This document shows positions 39,009 through 49,725 of a stretch of DNA of 64,000 nucleotides, in pieces (the first letter of the stretch is position 1; each line of letters opens with the position of its first letter). The notes under the pieces were generated by a model. It was not told where the DNA came from. It saw nothing but the letters and a program-made list of their open reading frames with translations, and ran no database searches. The stretch is from an uncultured delta proteobacterium. GTDB lineage: Bacteria; Desulfobacterota; Syntrophia; Syntrophales; UBA5619. Location: NCBI GenBank assembly GCA_963817385.1, contig CAWFOM010000006.1, positions 160,001 through 224,000 on the forward strand. The letters run 5' to 3'. A program made the translations under genes and the position numbers.

Positions 39009-40276
39009 TAATTGAAGCTTTCCGCCGCCAGGAGCGGAGAATTTTCGCTCCTTATCGGGAAGAGTCCTTTTTGTTTTTGCTCGCTTACCCCGCGGCACGC
39101 CGCAGTGTGGGCGGTCGCCGGCGTATTCAGGCATATCGCTTCACGGCCCTCCGGACGGCGGACTTCGACTATGCGGGCATCGAGTTCGATGACCCGACCC
39201 GGGGTCGGGGCGATGAACGCCTCGGGCGGAAGGTCCCGGTTCTTCAAGGCCGCGGCCAGTTCGCTCACCGCGTCGTCAAATCCGTCGAATCCCAGTTGAA
39301 ACACCTGGAAGTGGGCGGCGATGCTGACTTGTGCGCCAAGATCCGTGTGGGCCTTAACAGCCTCCGCCGGTCCCATGTGGACGCGGGGATAATACCCCAT
39401 CGACGGGGTGTTCGACTGCTGCGGCCGGAAGGGTGATATCGGCAGGAGCGCCGCCCGGATCGGCGAGAAGCGGCGCGCGATCTCGCGGAAATGGGGGCCG
39501 TATCCCGTATCCCCGGCGTAGAAAACGTTTCCCGACGGTCCGGAGACGACAAAACCTCCCCACAGGGTTTTATTGCGGTCCAATAGCGTGCGGGAGGAAA
39601 AATGCTGTGCCGGAACCATGGTAACCGTGACGGCCGGGGAGAGGCGGACCGACTGCCACCAGTCGAGCTCCTCGGTCTGGGGAATGCCCGTTTCCCGGAT
39701 GAGATCGAGGTTGCCGAGCGGTACGATTGCGCGCGGGGTTCCCGCTTCCGCGAGGCGCCCGAGCGTGGGAAGATCGAAATGATCGTAGTGGTTGTGGGAG
39801 ACCAGGACGGCATCAATGGGCGGCAGCTCTTCAAAGCGGATACCCGCCTCCCGCCGCCGCCGGGGACCGGCCCACGGCACCGGGCTGCAGCGTTCGGACC
39901 AGATGGGGTCGGTCAGGATGTTGAGGCCGTCCATTTGAATGAGAAACGTTCCGTGGCCGATGGGGGTGATGGCGAGTTTTCCGTTCGGGACACGGGTCGC
40001 CGGAGCGGGCCCGGGTCCGGGATCCTCGATTTCCGGCCAATCGGGCCGGTCGATGCCGAAAATCCAGCCCAGAATCCACCGTGTGCGGCCTCGCGGCTCC
40101 TGGCCCGGCGGAGGAGGTTGAGCGGTGCCGGGGTTGAAGTAAAGGTCCCCGTCGAAATGATCCGATATCTGCTGCCCATTTACGGCAGGGGCGATCGATT
40201 CCACTCCACCTGCGGGGAGCGGCAGAAAGCTCACCAGGAACAGAAGATAAATGAATATGCGCAGAGATATGGTCAT
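39008..40276 (-). CDS. MBL-fold metallo-hydrolase (NAPE-PLD/RomA-like)
   Basis: 'LTDPIWS', 'SHNHYDH', 'PAQHFSSR', 'AGDTGY', 'HMGP'. Confidence 0.88.
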   Translation of the reverse strand: MTISLRIFIYLLFLVSFLPLPAGGVESIAPAVNGQQISDHFDGDLYFNPGTAQPPPPGQEPRGRTRWILGWIFGIDRPDWPEIEDPGPGPAPATRVPNGKLAITPIGHGTFLIQMDGLNILTDPIWSERCSPVPWAGPRRRREAGIRFEELPPIDAVLVSHNHYDHFDLPTLGRLAEAGTPRAIVPLGNLDLIRETGIPQTEELDWWQSVRLSPAVTVTMVPAQHFSSRTLLDRNKTLWGGFVVSGPSGNVFYAGDTGYGPHFREIARRFSPIRAALLPISPFRPQQSNTPSMGYYPRVHMGPAEAVKAHTDLGAQVSIAAHFQVFQLGFDGFDDAVSELAAALKNRDLPPEAFIAPTPGRVIELDARIVEVRRPEGREAICLNTPATAHTAACRGVSEQKQKGLFPIRSENSPLLAAESFN

Positions 40277-40487
40277 TATGCGGTTCGTGACTCCTTCCGA
40301 CCATGCATGGTCGTCTCAAATACCCCGGCGCTGCCGGGTTTCTGATATCTATGACCTCATTGATATATAGAGACGATGTTTGCGTGTCAAGATAATCCGG
40401 CGATAAGCTGATTTCCCTTGCCAAAAGCCGCGCCTTGCAAGTAAAATAACAGCCCGGACAGGCGATCATCCGTTTCGGGAGGGGGCA

Positions 40488-41537
40488 ATGACGTGCGGGT
40501 TTTTGGAAACTACGGCGGCGGTCAGTAAAAAACTCTACCAGTTCCTCTTTCGTCTCCTCGTCCTGATAACGCTCGTTCCCTCCTCCTCACTGCTCTATGC
40601 CTTCGATATTGCCCCCTTTTATTCGACGAACCAGAGTCCCCTCGTCCAGATATACGGACTCCCTTCGGCGGGCAGCGCAATTGTGCTTCCTCAGGGCCGG
40701 AAAGAGTTTCGCGCGACGCTCGATCATGCAAGCAACTATGTGGATGATGCAACCGCCCGGGAAACGATCCTGCTCGATGGAGAGACTACCCGCCTGACAC
40801 TTGGCGGTCGATACGGGCTGTCGAAGGATGTGGAATTGGGGGTCGCGATCCCCGCCCTTATCCACGGCGGCGGGTTCCTCGACGGCTTCATCATCAATTA
40901 TCATGATTGGTTCGGCTTTCCCCAAGGCGGACGCGATCAGGCGCCCCGTAACCGCCTGCTCTACCGTTACACCCGTGACGGTATGGAGAAGCTGAAGATG
41001 GACAGTTCCGGGAGCGGCCTTGGCGACATCAGCCTGATGGCCGGTTATCAGCTTTACCACGATGCGAATCAATACCCGCGGGCGGTGGCGCTCAGGGCAA
41101 GCGTCAAGCTGCCGACGGGTGACCGCGCCTCTTTGAACGGCAGCGGCAGTACGGATGCTTCGGTATGGATCACCGCCGGCGATGATTATCGGCTTCCCCT
41201 CGGTCACGCAACCCTTTACGCGGCAGGGGGATTGATGGTGATGACAAAGGGCGATGTCCTGCCGGACCAGCAGCGTGATCATGTCGGGTTTGGCACGATC
41301 GGGGTCGGTTGGAATCCGCTCTCCTGGATCGCGTTCAAGGTTCAGATGGATGCCCATACCCCGTTCTACCGGGACAGCGACCTAAAGCCATTGGCAACAA
41401 ATGCCGTACAATTGCTGATCGGGGGGACGCTGGGACTTTCGGAGCGAACCACTCTGGATATTGCCATTTCCGAGGATATCGCAACGACGACCTCGCCGGA
41501 TGTGGTATTTCACTTCAATCTCAGCACATGGTTTTAG
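40488..41537 (+). CDS. Outer-membrane beta-barrel protein (DUF3187-like)
   Basis: Signal peptide, 'NQSPL..IYGLP', 'GGFLDGFI..YHDWFG.PQGGR', C-terminal aromatic residue. Confidence 0.72.
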   Translation: MTCGFLETTAAVSKKLYQFLFRLLVLITLVPSSSLLYAFDIAPFYSTNQSPLVQIYGLPSAGSAIVLPQGRKEFRATLDHASNYVDDATARETILLDGETTRLTLGGRYGLSKDVELGVAIPALIHGGGFLDGFIINYHDWFGFPQGGRDQAPRNRLLYRYTRDGMEKLKMDSSGSGLGDISLMAGYQLYHDANQYPRAVALRASVKLPTGDRASLNGSGSTDASVWITAGDDYRLPLGHATLYAAGGLMVMTKGDVLPDQQRDHVGFGTIGVGWNPLSWIAFKVQMDAHTPFYRDSDLKPLATNAVQLLIGGTLGLSERTTLDIAISEDIATTTSPDVVFHFNLSTWF

Positions 41538-41680
41538 ACGCCGCACCGCCGGCGATGCCGGAGGTGCGCACGGAGGGGCCGGCCATTTTTTCTCGTGAGA
41601 ACCGACGCACCTGAGACGAAAACAGGTCGCATGGCGCTGCGGCAGGGCCGGCGGTATACCTTTAACCAGGAAATAAATCC

Positions 41681-42727
41681 ATGAAACAAATCGAATTGCT
41701 GCTCGCCCGGAAAGAGGAGACGGTACTCAACGTCTTTAAGCTCAAGTCAATGGTCCGGGAGAATGACACCCTTGCAATCCTTATGTATGGCAGTCCCGAT
41801 CCGGACGCCGTCGCATCGGCAATGGCGCTCCGCGAGATCCTCACGCAGACGCAGCCGTTGGCAAAGTGCGTCTTTGTCGCCACGGATCCCGTAATCCGGT
41901 ACCAGAACGCCGAGTTCATCCGGGAGATGAAGGTGGAGATTCAGATGCTCGACAAGGTTGACCTCAAGGAATTCCGCCTGATTGCCATCGTCGATGCCCA
42001 GCCGACCTTCTTCGGCGATCTCCTCGGGGAGACGAAACCCCAGATCGTCCTCGACCATCACCCCTGCAAGACGGTCTGGCATGCCTCCCTCGCCGATGTC
42101 CGGCCGAATTACGGGGCGCTCTCAACGATCATGACGGAGTACCTCCTCGCTGCGCGGGCGAAGATCCCCAAGCGGCTTTACACGGCCCTCCTCTACGGGA
42201 TCAGGAGCGACACCGTCAACTTCGAACGCGACGCCAGCCTTGAGGACATCGGCGCCTATTACCTGAACTTCCTCCGGGCCAACCGGCAGCTGATCCGGCG
42301 CATCGAGCTCAATCAGATCCCCGAGAAGTTTCTCAAGTACTTTGAGTATGCGTACCAGCATAAACGGCGTTATCGCGACCGGGTGATCTGTTATCTCGGT
42401 CCGGTCGAGAGTGCGGACGCGTGCGTCCAGGTGGCCGATTTCTTCCTGCGGATCATCAATATCTTCTATGTGATCATCGCCGGGATTGTGAAGGACCGGC
42501 TGGTCATCATCTTTCGGGGGGACGGCTACCGCCAGGACTGCGGCGCCATCGCCAGAAAGGCGTTCGGCCAGTTCGGTACGGCGGGCGGCCACCGGAGCGC
42601 GGCGCGCGTGGAGATCCCCCTGGATACGCTCAAGACCGCCCTGGACGGCGACATCTCCCAGGAGGCGATGGACCGGTTCCTCGTTCAGCGGCTCCGTCGC
42701 AGGAAAGAGCCGGAGGTGAAGATATAG
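41681..42727 (+). CDS. DHH/DHHA1 phosphoesterase
   Basis: 'PDPDAVAS', 'LDHHP', 'GIRSDT', 'AGGH'. Confidence 0.9.
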   Translation: MKQIELLLARKEETVLNVFKLKSMVRENDTLAILMYGSPDPDAVASAMALREILTQTQPLAKCVFVATDPVIRYQNAEFIREMKVEIQMLDKVDLKEFRLIAIVDAQPTFFGDLLGETKPQIVLDHHPCKTVWHASLADVRPNYGALSTIMTEYLLAARAKIPKRLYTALLYGIRSDTVNFERDASLEDIGAYYLNFLRANRQLIRRIELNQIPEKFLKYFEYAYQHKRRYRDRVICYLGPVESADACVQVADFFLRIINIFYVIIAGIVKDRLVIIFRGDGYRQDCGAIARKAFGQFGTAGGHRSAARVEIPLDTLKTALDGDISQEAMDRFLVQRLRRRKEPEVKI

Positions 42728-42746
42728 CGTGACGGTGATGAGTAGT

Positions 42747-42772
42747 CGACCTCCCCCGGTCGGGGGAGGTCG
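42747..42772. terminator. Hairpin between convergent genes
   Basis: CGACCTCCCCCG-GT-CGGGGGAGGTCG. Confidence 0.65.
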
Positions 42773-42785
42773 GGGTCATGAGGGG

Positions 42786-43061
42786 TTATTCTTCAGCTTT
42801 GGCCGTTGACGGGGGTGTACTCTTCTCCGTTGTTTCGGAGCTCTTGCTCTCTTCCTTTTTCTTCTCGGCCGCCGGGGCCTTCTTTCCGCCGTAGTCCGTT
42901 GCATACCAGCCGCTCCCCTTCAGGTGGAAGGAGGAGAGGGACATCAGTTTGTGCACCGGGCCCCTGCAGAATTTGCAGGACTTCGCCGCGCGGTCCGCAA
43001 TCCCCTGAAACATTTCGAATTCCTTACCGCATTTCTTGCATTTATACTCATAAATTGGCAT
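42786..43061 (-). CDS. FmdB-family zinc-ribbon protein
   Basis: 'MPIYEYKCKKCG...CKFC....KLMS...FHLKGSGWYATDY'. Confidence 0.88.
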   Translation of the reverse strand: MPIYEYKCKKCGKEFEMFQGIADRAAKSCKFCRGPVHKLMSLSSFHLKGSGWYATDYGGKKAPAAEKKKEESKSSETTEKSTPPSTAKAEE

Positions 43062-43085
43062 TGAAAAAACCTCCAATATCTTCAT

Positions 43086-43613
43086 TTACTGTATCATATC
43101 GCCGATCTGGTAACGGCTGCTGAAGCAATCCATGACCAGATTCAGATCGGTATCGGTGATCGGCTTGAGCAGGTTCCGGGTGATCCGGTGGACCTTTTCT
43201 TCCTCCCCCGTCTTCTCCTCTTCGGATGCGTCGAAATTCCCTTCGCCCCGATCGAAACGAATCACGTGGACGAGCTCATGCGCCGCAATGTAGAGCAAAA
43301 GCGGCGAGAGCCGGATGAATGAGTGTGCCCGCTCGATTGCATCAAGGATCCGATCATCCTGGAGACAGATCCGATAGAAGTGAATCCCGCCACCCTGCGG
43401 TTCCGGTTCCTTCTCGAACTCATACTTGCAAAGGTGGGCGAAGGCGCCTTCCCGGACCTCGTGCTGATCGAGGTAGGCAAGCGTCTTGACATCGTACCGA
43501 TGCCCCTTCCACTGAGCGGGCTCAAGGCGGAAATACTGTCCCGCCATCTTTTCGGCCTGTCCGAACGACCGACCGGCAAGGGATATCTGCGATGCAGTGA
43601 AATAACGGCCCAT
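43086..43613 (-). CDS. Hypothetical protein with HExxH motif
   Basis: 'LLLYIAAHELVHVIRF' and a downstream EE; coding-like composition. Confidence 0.7.
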   Translation of the reverse strand: MGRYFTASQISLAGRSFGQAEKMAGQYFRLEPAQWKGHRYDVKTLAYLDQHEVREGAFAHLCKYEFEKEPEPQGGGIHFYRICLQDDRILDAIERAHSFIRLSPLLLYIAAHELVHVIRFDRGEGNFDASEEEKTGEEEKVHRITRNLLKPITDTDLNLVMDCFSSRYQIGDMIQ

Positions 43614-43750
43614 TAACGCACCATCCGTTTCCGTTCATCCTTCTTAAGCACCGCTAATATATGCATAAATTTTTGTGTGTCAACCGTTTTTATCGGCTTC
43701 GTTACCTGGGTATGGGTGTTGTCGTCAGCAGGTATTTGCGGATAGGCTAT

Positions 43751-44827
43751 TTACAGCGGGCCTCGTTTATGGGCGTGAACCTCCAGGGCTGACCGGATGA
43801 TCCGGTCGATGAGGCCCGCCTGGGTGATCCCGGAGGCGGCCGCCTGGTGGAAAAGGACGGTGGAGGGGGTCATCCCGGGGAGGGTGTTGGGCTCGAGGAC
43901 CGCAACCCGTCCGTCCGGCCGCACAAACATGTCGATCCGGGCGTAGCCCTTGAGGTTAAGGGCGCGAAACGTTCCGACCGCCGTCTCCCGGACCTTCTCG
44001 ATCTGTTCGGCCGGAAGCCGGGCCGGCGTCTTGTTCTCCCCCTGGCCGTAGAGGAACTTGTCCTCCAGGGAGAGGACGTCGTCCGTGGGGATCGTCTCCG
44101 AAGGCGTCAGGGCCTCGGGCGTATCCACCCCAAGGACGCCGCAGGTAACCTCCATTCCGGCGAGAAACTCCTCCGCAAGGACCAGGTTGTCCCACGCGAA
44201 GGCGCCCTCCACGGCGCCGGAGAGCCCTTCCGGTGCGACGACCTTCGTGACGGCGGTGCTGCACCCCTCCCGGCAGGGCTTGACGATGCAGGGGAAGCCG
44301 ATCTCGCGGACGATCTGCTGAACGACCGCTTCGGGATTCGCGTCCCACTCCCGCCGGGGGACCGGGATCGTCCGCGGGACGTCAATCCCGCTGATCTCGA
44401 GGATCCGCCGGGAGACGTACTTGTCCATCCCGATCGCGGAGGCCAGGACGCCGGAGCCCGTGTAGGGGACCCCCAGAAGTTCGAGGAGCCCCTGCATGCA
44501 GCCGTCCTCCCCGTATTTCCCATGGAGCCCCAGAAAGGCCACGTCCACCCGGTCCTTCAGGGATTCGTACGGGATGGGGACGGCCTCTGCCCGCAGGTCT
44601 TCCTCGATGTCGCTCGTGGAGTTGCGCATGAGCAGCTTGAGCGGGATCTCCCAGAGGGCCGCCCGTCCGTCCATGAATATCGGAATGGGATCGTACCGGA
44701 GGCGGTCGATCTTGCTGAAGATGTTCCGGCCGCTTTCCAGGGAGACCTCCTTCTCCGAGGAGATGCCTCCCATGATGATCCCGACCCTGAGTTTATGATC
44801 GGTTTTTTCTTTTCCGGGTTCCCCCAT
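43751..44827 (-). CDS. ddl: D-alanine--D-alanine ligase
   Basis: 'GGISSEKEVSLESG', 'LHGKYGEDGCMQG', 'GMDK', 'EPNTLPGMT'. Confidence 0.92.
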   Translation of the reverse strand: MGEPGKEKTDHKLRVGIIMGGISSEKEVSLESGRNIFSKIDRLRYDPIPIFMDGRAALWEIPLKLLMRNSTSDIEEDLRAEAVPIPYESLKDRVDVAFLGLHGKYGEDGCMQGLLELLGVPYTGSGVLASAIGMDKYVSRRILEISGIDVPRTIPVPRREWDANPEAVVQQIVREIGFPCIVKPCREGCSTAVTKVVAPEGLSGAVEGAFAWDNLVLAEEFLAGMEVTCGVLGVDTPEALTPSETIPTDDVLSLEDKFLYGQGENKTPARLPAEQIEKVRETAVGTFRALNLKGYARIDMFVRPDGRVAVLEPNTLPGMTPSTVLFHQAAASGITQAGLIDRIIRSALEVHAHKRGPL

Positions 44828-44828
44828 G

Positions 44829-45032
44829 TCAGAAACTCACTGTCAGGCCTGCGCAGGGGCCGGTAAATTCTGAATCCGGAAAGGGTTCGTTCTGGTCGAT
44901 GCGCATCCGCGGCACCTTGTACCCGGTGTTGATGTCCAAAAACGGGAAGGGGGTGAACGCAAGATCGGCCATCCCCTCGGAGAGATAGTTGTTGGGATAG
45001 GCGATGCCGGTTGCTTTCACCCGCGCTTTCAT
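44829..45032 (-). pseudogene. Short ORF resembling the C-terminal strands of an outer-membrane beta-barrel; probable remnant
   Basis: 'DLAFTPFPFLDINTGYK...DSEFTGPCAGLTVSF*' with terminal Phe; no signal peptide. Confidence 0.35.
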
Positions 45033-45052
45033 GGGAATCTCCTTCCGGGACA

Positions 45053-45654
45053 TCAGGGTTTTGCCTCCCGGCCGGCGCCCATGGGGGCCACTGGTTCCGG
45101 GCGGTTTGCTGTATACCACCAATAGTCATTATTTTCCAGCGGGTCGTAGCCTTTTATTTCTCCCTCGGACACGATCAGGGGCGAAAACCTGACCTCGTCG
45201 GCTTCATGCTGGAGCCGGTCGAAGGCCATGATCGATCCGAGAACGGCGCCGTGCTTCGCAATCGCCAGCAGGGCGTAATTCGAGCAGGAGGGATAATATG
45301 TGCAGCGCCGGCCCCAGGAGGGGCCGAGGAAACGCTGATAGAAAAGGACGGGCGCTGCAGCGATTCTTTCCAGGATACCGGTTCTTGCGGCCGCCGTTCC
45401 GTTTCCGTGTGCTGCCGGGCAATCTTCCGGGGCCCCCGGAGGAGAACCTCGTCCGCAAAGACCGTCTGCGCCCAGAGAAACGAGGCTATGAGAAGCGCGC
45501 CGCAAATGCGGTGCGCCGTCGAAGAACCCCTGCATGTTCCTCCCTGCTCCTTGCGGGAGGGGGTTCGGGGGAGGGGCGGCGGCCGGAACTCCCGCCGGCC
45601 GGGGTTCTCCCGGCGATAGCGGAAGATGTTGCCACTGAAGGGGTAGATGTTCAT
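45053..45654 (-). CDS. YidD-like protein with N-terminal extension; frameshift at ~45380, start uncertain
   Basis: 'FYQRFLGP...CTYYPSCSNYALLAIAKHGAVLG...DRL...YDP'. Confidence 0.68.
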
Positions 45655-45668
45655 GGTTATGCTCTTTC

Positions 45669-46605
45669 TCAAAAGGGGTACGTGAACATGACGGAAACGC
45701 CGCGAGGCCGGCTGATCTCGCTCTCCCGGAGGTTCAGCCTCTGGAGGCCGTTCCGGAACTGATCCTCGTCGATTTTGAGGTTAACCTTGTGGGCGCCGCC
45801 CACCGCTCCGTAGATGCCGCCTGCGTACCAGCCGATCTCGAAGAGGGCCAGGACGCCTCCCAGGGCGTAATTATCCGAGTCGAAAGCCTTCCAGGCGCCG
45901 AGGAGGAACAGGGCGTTCAGGAGGAATGAATAGGTTCCGTCCTGGTACCGCCCATTGTAGAACTGGCCGCTTCCCGGCAGGATGGCCGAGAGGAGCCCGG
46001 CGGTCTCGGGCGATTTGTAGCGGGCGCTCTTTTTTCTCGGCGAGGAGCTCCTCGATGAGACCGGCCTCCGGTTCGATTTCCGGCCGGACCATCCGGTCCT
46101 TCAGGAGCCGCTCCGCCTCGTCGAAGCGGTTCTGGCGGATGAGCAGCAGGATCTCCCATCGTGCGGCCTCGCTCTTCTTCTCCCGGCTGGTGCTGCTCAG
46201 GATGAGTTGAAAGAGGCGTTCCGCCTCCGAGGTGGTTCCCTGCTTCAGCAGGGCGATCGCCTTGGTGAAGGTCACCGTGTTTGCCCGGGACGATTCCGGA
46301 AATTGCAGGAGAAATTGGTCGTAGGCGGCAATCGCGTCGGCCCATTCATGTGCAAGAAGGTAGGCGTCGCCGATCAGCTTAGCCATCTCTTCGGCCTGCG
46401 GCCGTCCGGGAAAGAGGGAGAGGTAGCGCTTGGCCTCGGTTATCGCCCGGTAATACTCACCGGCGATGAAAAGATCGCTGCTGAACTGCAGGATCTCCTT
46501 CTCCCGGAGGTCGTAGTACTGCGCCGCGAAGTCGTCGGCGGCAAAACCACGCCCGGGCGACAGCAGGAGCAGGATCAGAACGAAGGCGATATGAACAGGT
46601 TTCAC
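45669..46605 (-). CDS. Secreted TPR protein with C-terminal membrane segment; +1 frameshift in the T6 run at 46030-46035
   Basis: 'GEYYRAITEAKRYL..FP' TPR-like helices; after correction 'YKSPETAGLLSAILPGSGQFY'. Confidence 0.72.
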
Positions 46606-46780
46606 TCTCAGACTCGCTTGAAAAAATATTAAATAGGATCCGCACTCCGCGTATCTTTACCTTGAAGGTGGATAAAAATCAATATCATCTTGGGGAAGGG
46701 AACGGCGATTCCCCGGACGGTGCCGCGAAGCGCTTCAATTTAATAGCGCCGGAGACAATTTTGCGATATAGGGGAAAGCC

Positions 46781-48130
46781 ATGAAGGTGCTGCTCATCTC
46801 CGCCAACACGACCAACGCCCCGCATTCGGTCTACCCGCTGGGTCTCGACTATGTCGCGGGGGCCCTGACGCCCCGGCATGAGGTCCGGATCCTGGACATG
46901 AATCGGACCGCGGCGCCGGAGCAACTGGAGGCGGCCCTCCGGGAAGGCGCCCCGGAGGTGGTCGGCATCTCCATCCGGAACATCGATAATGTGGATACCC
47001 TGGCCACGAAAAGCTTCATCCCGGGATACGAGCGGATCGTCCGGCTCGTCAGGGATCGCACCGCCGCCCCGATCATCCTGGGCGGTAGCGGTTTCTCCAT
47101 TTTCCCCGGGGAATTGATGTCGCTGCTCGGCGCCGATTTCGGCGTCGTCGGGGCGGGGGAAGCAATCGCCCTCCTCCTCGATGCCCTCGAACGGGGGGCG
47201 AATCCCTCCGCGCTGCCCGGAATCGTGATCAAGGGAGGTCCCGTCGGAGCTCCCGTACCCTGGCCGGGGGCCGTCACGCGGCGGGCCTGCCCGGATAATG
47301 CACATCTTAGTTTCTACCTTGAGCGGGGGGGCATCCTGAACCTGCAGACGAAACGGGGATGTCCGTTTTGCTGTCTCTATTGCACCTATCCCCATATCGA
47401 GGGCCGGCGGTTGCGGCTCGTCCCCCCCGATGAGGTCGCCCGCGAGGCCCGTGAGCTTCAGGAGCTGGGCGCCCGGTACCTCTTCATCACCGATTCCGCG
47501 TTCAATGCCGATGCTGACCACAGTCTTGCCGTTGCCAGGGCCTTTCGCCGCCACGGTCTGACGATCCCCTGGGGGGCGTTTTTCGCCCCGACGCACCCCC
47601 CCGACGGCTTTTACGGCATCCTGGCCGAGGCCGGGTTGACCCATGCCGAGTTCGGGACGGAATCGCTTTGCGATCCCCAGTTGAAGCGGTACGGGAAACC
47701 GTTCGGTGCGGCGGATGTCTTCGCCGCCCACGAAAATGCCCGCAGGGCGGGGGTGCACATCGCCCACTACCTCCTGCTGGGTGGGCCCGGAGAGGACGTC
47801 CGGACGGTGGATGAAACACTGGAACGTGCGGAAGAATTGGAGAAAGCGGTGTTTTTCGCTTTCTGCGGCATCCGGATCTTTCCCCATGCCCCGCTCTACG
47901 ATATCGCCGTGGCTGAGGGGCAGATCACGCGCGATCAGGACCTCCTGTCGCCGGTTTTCTATCGTTCCAAAGGGATCGGGTCGGAGGAGATCATCGCCCG
48001 GGTTAAACAGCAGGCGCGCGGCCGGATGAACTGGGTTTACGGCGACGGCGGCGAAAAGGCGGAACGGATCGTGACCAGGATGCATGCCCATGGTCGTCCG
48101 GGTCCCTTGTGGGAGCTGCTTCTTCGATGA
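46781..48130 (+). CDS. B12-binding radical SAM protein, lipid-biosynthesis-cluster type
   Basis: 'VYPLGLDYVAGAL', 'GISIRNIDN', 'LGGSGFS', 'QTKRGCPFCCLYCTYP'. Confidence 0.88.
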   Translation: MKVLLISANTTNAPHSVYPLGLDYVAGALTPRHEVRILDMNRTAAPEQLEAALREGAPEVVGISIRNIDNVDTLATKSFIPGYERIVRLVRDRTAAPIILGGSGFSIFPGELMSLLGADFGVVGAGEAIALLLDALERGANPSALPGIVIKGGPVGAPVPWPGAVTRRACPDNAHLSFYLERGGILNLQTKRGCPFCCLYCTYPHIEGRRLRLVPPDEVAREARELQELGARYLFITDSAFNADADHSLAVARAFRRHGLTIPWGAFFAPTHPPDGFYGILAEAGLTHAEFGTESLCDPQLKRYGKPFGAADVFAAHENARRAGVHIAHYLLLGGPGEDVRTVDETLERAEELEKAVFFAFCGIRIFPHAPLYDIAVAEGQITRDQDLLSPVFYRSKGIGSEEIIARVKQQARGRMNWVYGDGGEKAERIVTRMHAHGRPGPLWELLLR

Positions 48131-48963
48131 ACCGCGGATCCGCCCCCAGGAAGGCCCTTACGCCGGCGCATATCGCGGGGATTGCGGCATTTGCCATTTC
48201 CGGCGGGCTGCTCTTTATCCGGCCGGATCTGGCCGCCGTACCCCTCGGGCTGTTTCTCCTCCTCTGCCTTGTGGCTCCCTTCCTTCCGGGGGCGGGTTTC
48301 TTCCTGCCGGTGATCAGCCGGGGCGGGAGGTACGGCAAAGCGGTGGCCCTGACCTTCGACGACGGCCCCGATCCCGAAGTGACCCCTTTGCTGCTCGATC
48401 TTCTCGGGCGGTATCGGCTGACGGCAGCCTTCTTCATCACCGGACAAAATACGGAGCGGTACCCAGAGCTGGTCCGGGAGATCCTCCAAAGGGGCCACGA
48501 CGTCGGCAACCACTCCACCCATCACGATCCCTTGCTGATGCTGCGTTCCCGTGCGAAGTTGGCCGACGAGATCGCCCGCACCCAGGACCTGCTGGCCCGT
48601 TTCGGCATCCGGCCTCTCGCCTTTCGCCCGCCCGTGGGCGTCACCAACCCCCGGTTGGCCGGGGTCCTGAGGGACCTCGGCATGGAGTGCGTCACCTTCA
48701 GCTGCCGGGCCTGCGACTTCGGGAATCGGAGGATCGGGGGGCTGGCGGGGAAAATCCTGCGGAAGGTCCGTCCCGGCGCGATCATCCTTCTCCATGACGT
48801 CGCCCCGCCGGGTGGCGGCAGGATCGCCGAGTGGCTCGCGGGGGTGGAGAAGATCATCCGGGAACTCCGGGCGGGAGGGTATGCAATCGTGCCGTTGTCC
48901 GAGCTGATCGGAAGAGCGGTGATGGAACGGCTGCCGGCGTCTTCGCCCCGTGATTTTTCTTGA
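48127..48963 (+). CDS. Membrane-anchored polysaccharide deacetylase (CE4)
   Basis: N-terminal transmembrane helices; 'LTFDDGP', 'GNHSTHH', 'FRPPVG', 'IILLHD'; ATGA overlap with the upstream gene. Confidence 0.88.
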   Translation: MNRGSAPRKALTPAHIAGIAAFAISGGLLFIRPDLAAVPLGLFLLLCLVAPFLPGAGFFLPVISRGGRYGKAVALTFDDGPDPEVTPLLLDLLGRYRLTAAFFITGQNTERYPELVREILQRGHDVGNHSTHHDPLLMLRSRAKLADEIARTQDLLARFGIRPLAFRPPVGVTNPRLAGVLRDLGMECVTFSCRACDFGNRRIGGLAGKILRKVRPGAIILLHDVAPPGGGRIAEWLAGVEKIIRELRAGGYAIVPLSELIGRAVMERLPASSPRDFS

Positions 48964-49127
48964 CACCCGCCACGGGTGACGCTACTGAAAAACGAAAGGG
49001 ATTTTTCAGCTTCATGGACGGAGCCGCCGGGCAGGTGATGAGAAACGGCGGATGGGCGCCGAAAAAGATGCAGGCGTCCGGAATCGGGTTGATATTGACC
49101 GGTACGTCGGGAGATCCGGGAGGGAAG

Positions 49128-49508
49128 ATGGAGAAGTCATTCCGGCAGGAGCTATCACAACTCACGGGCACGACGGAGAGGGTGACGGCCTCGGCCGTCG
49201 TTCCCAGAGATTCGGCCTGGTATGCCGGCCATTTCCCAGGCAAGCCGATCCTTCCGGGAATAGCGATCCTTGACCTGGTCAAAGAGGCGATCATCACCTC
49301 GGAGCTTCGGGAGGGGCGGCGCGTGCTGATCACCGGCCTGGGCAGAGTCCGTTTCCGTCTGCCCGTCAAGCCCGATGACCTGATGACGTTGGAAATAGCG
49401 CGGGAGAAAAAGCGCGACGGAATGGCATATCTCTTTTCCGTCAAGCTGGCCGGAGAGGCGGCCTGTACCGGGGCCTTCATGGGGCGGCTGGCGGAAGGCC
49501 CCGGATAA
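49128..49508 (+). CDS. FabZ/FabA-like single hotdog dehydratase
   Basis: 'WYAGHFPGKPILPGIAIL', 'VRFRLPVKP'. Confidence 0.82.
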   Translation: MEKSFRQELSQLTGTTERVTASAVVPRDSAWYAGHFPGKPILPGIAILDLVKEAIITSELREGRRVLITGLGRVRFRLPVKPDDLMTLEIAREKKRDGMAYLFSVKLAGEAACTGAFMGRLAEGPG

Positions 49509-49725
49509 CAAACTTCTTGACAAACATCATAGTTTTTAGCAAAAGGATAAAACTTTATCATCCCTTAGTTGTAAGTGGATGAATCCACGGGTGGGAGCAG
49601 TCCCCCCGGCCTGCTGCGGGGCAGCGAGTAAAACGGGGACAGGGTTGTTCGTCGTATGGATTCGGGATTCTCCGCAGCTGGCTGCGGAGGGCTTCGCTAT
49701 TGCGTGAACGTTGGGAGGGTGTATC

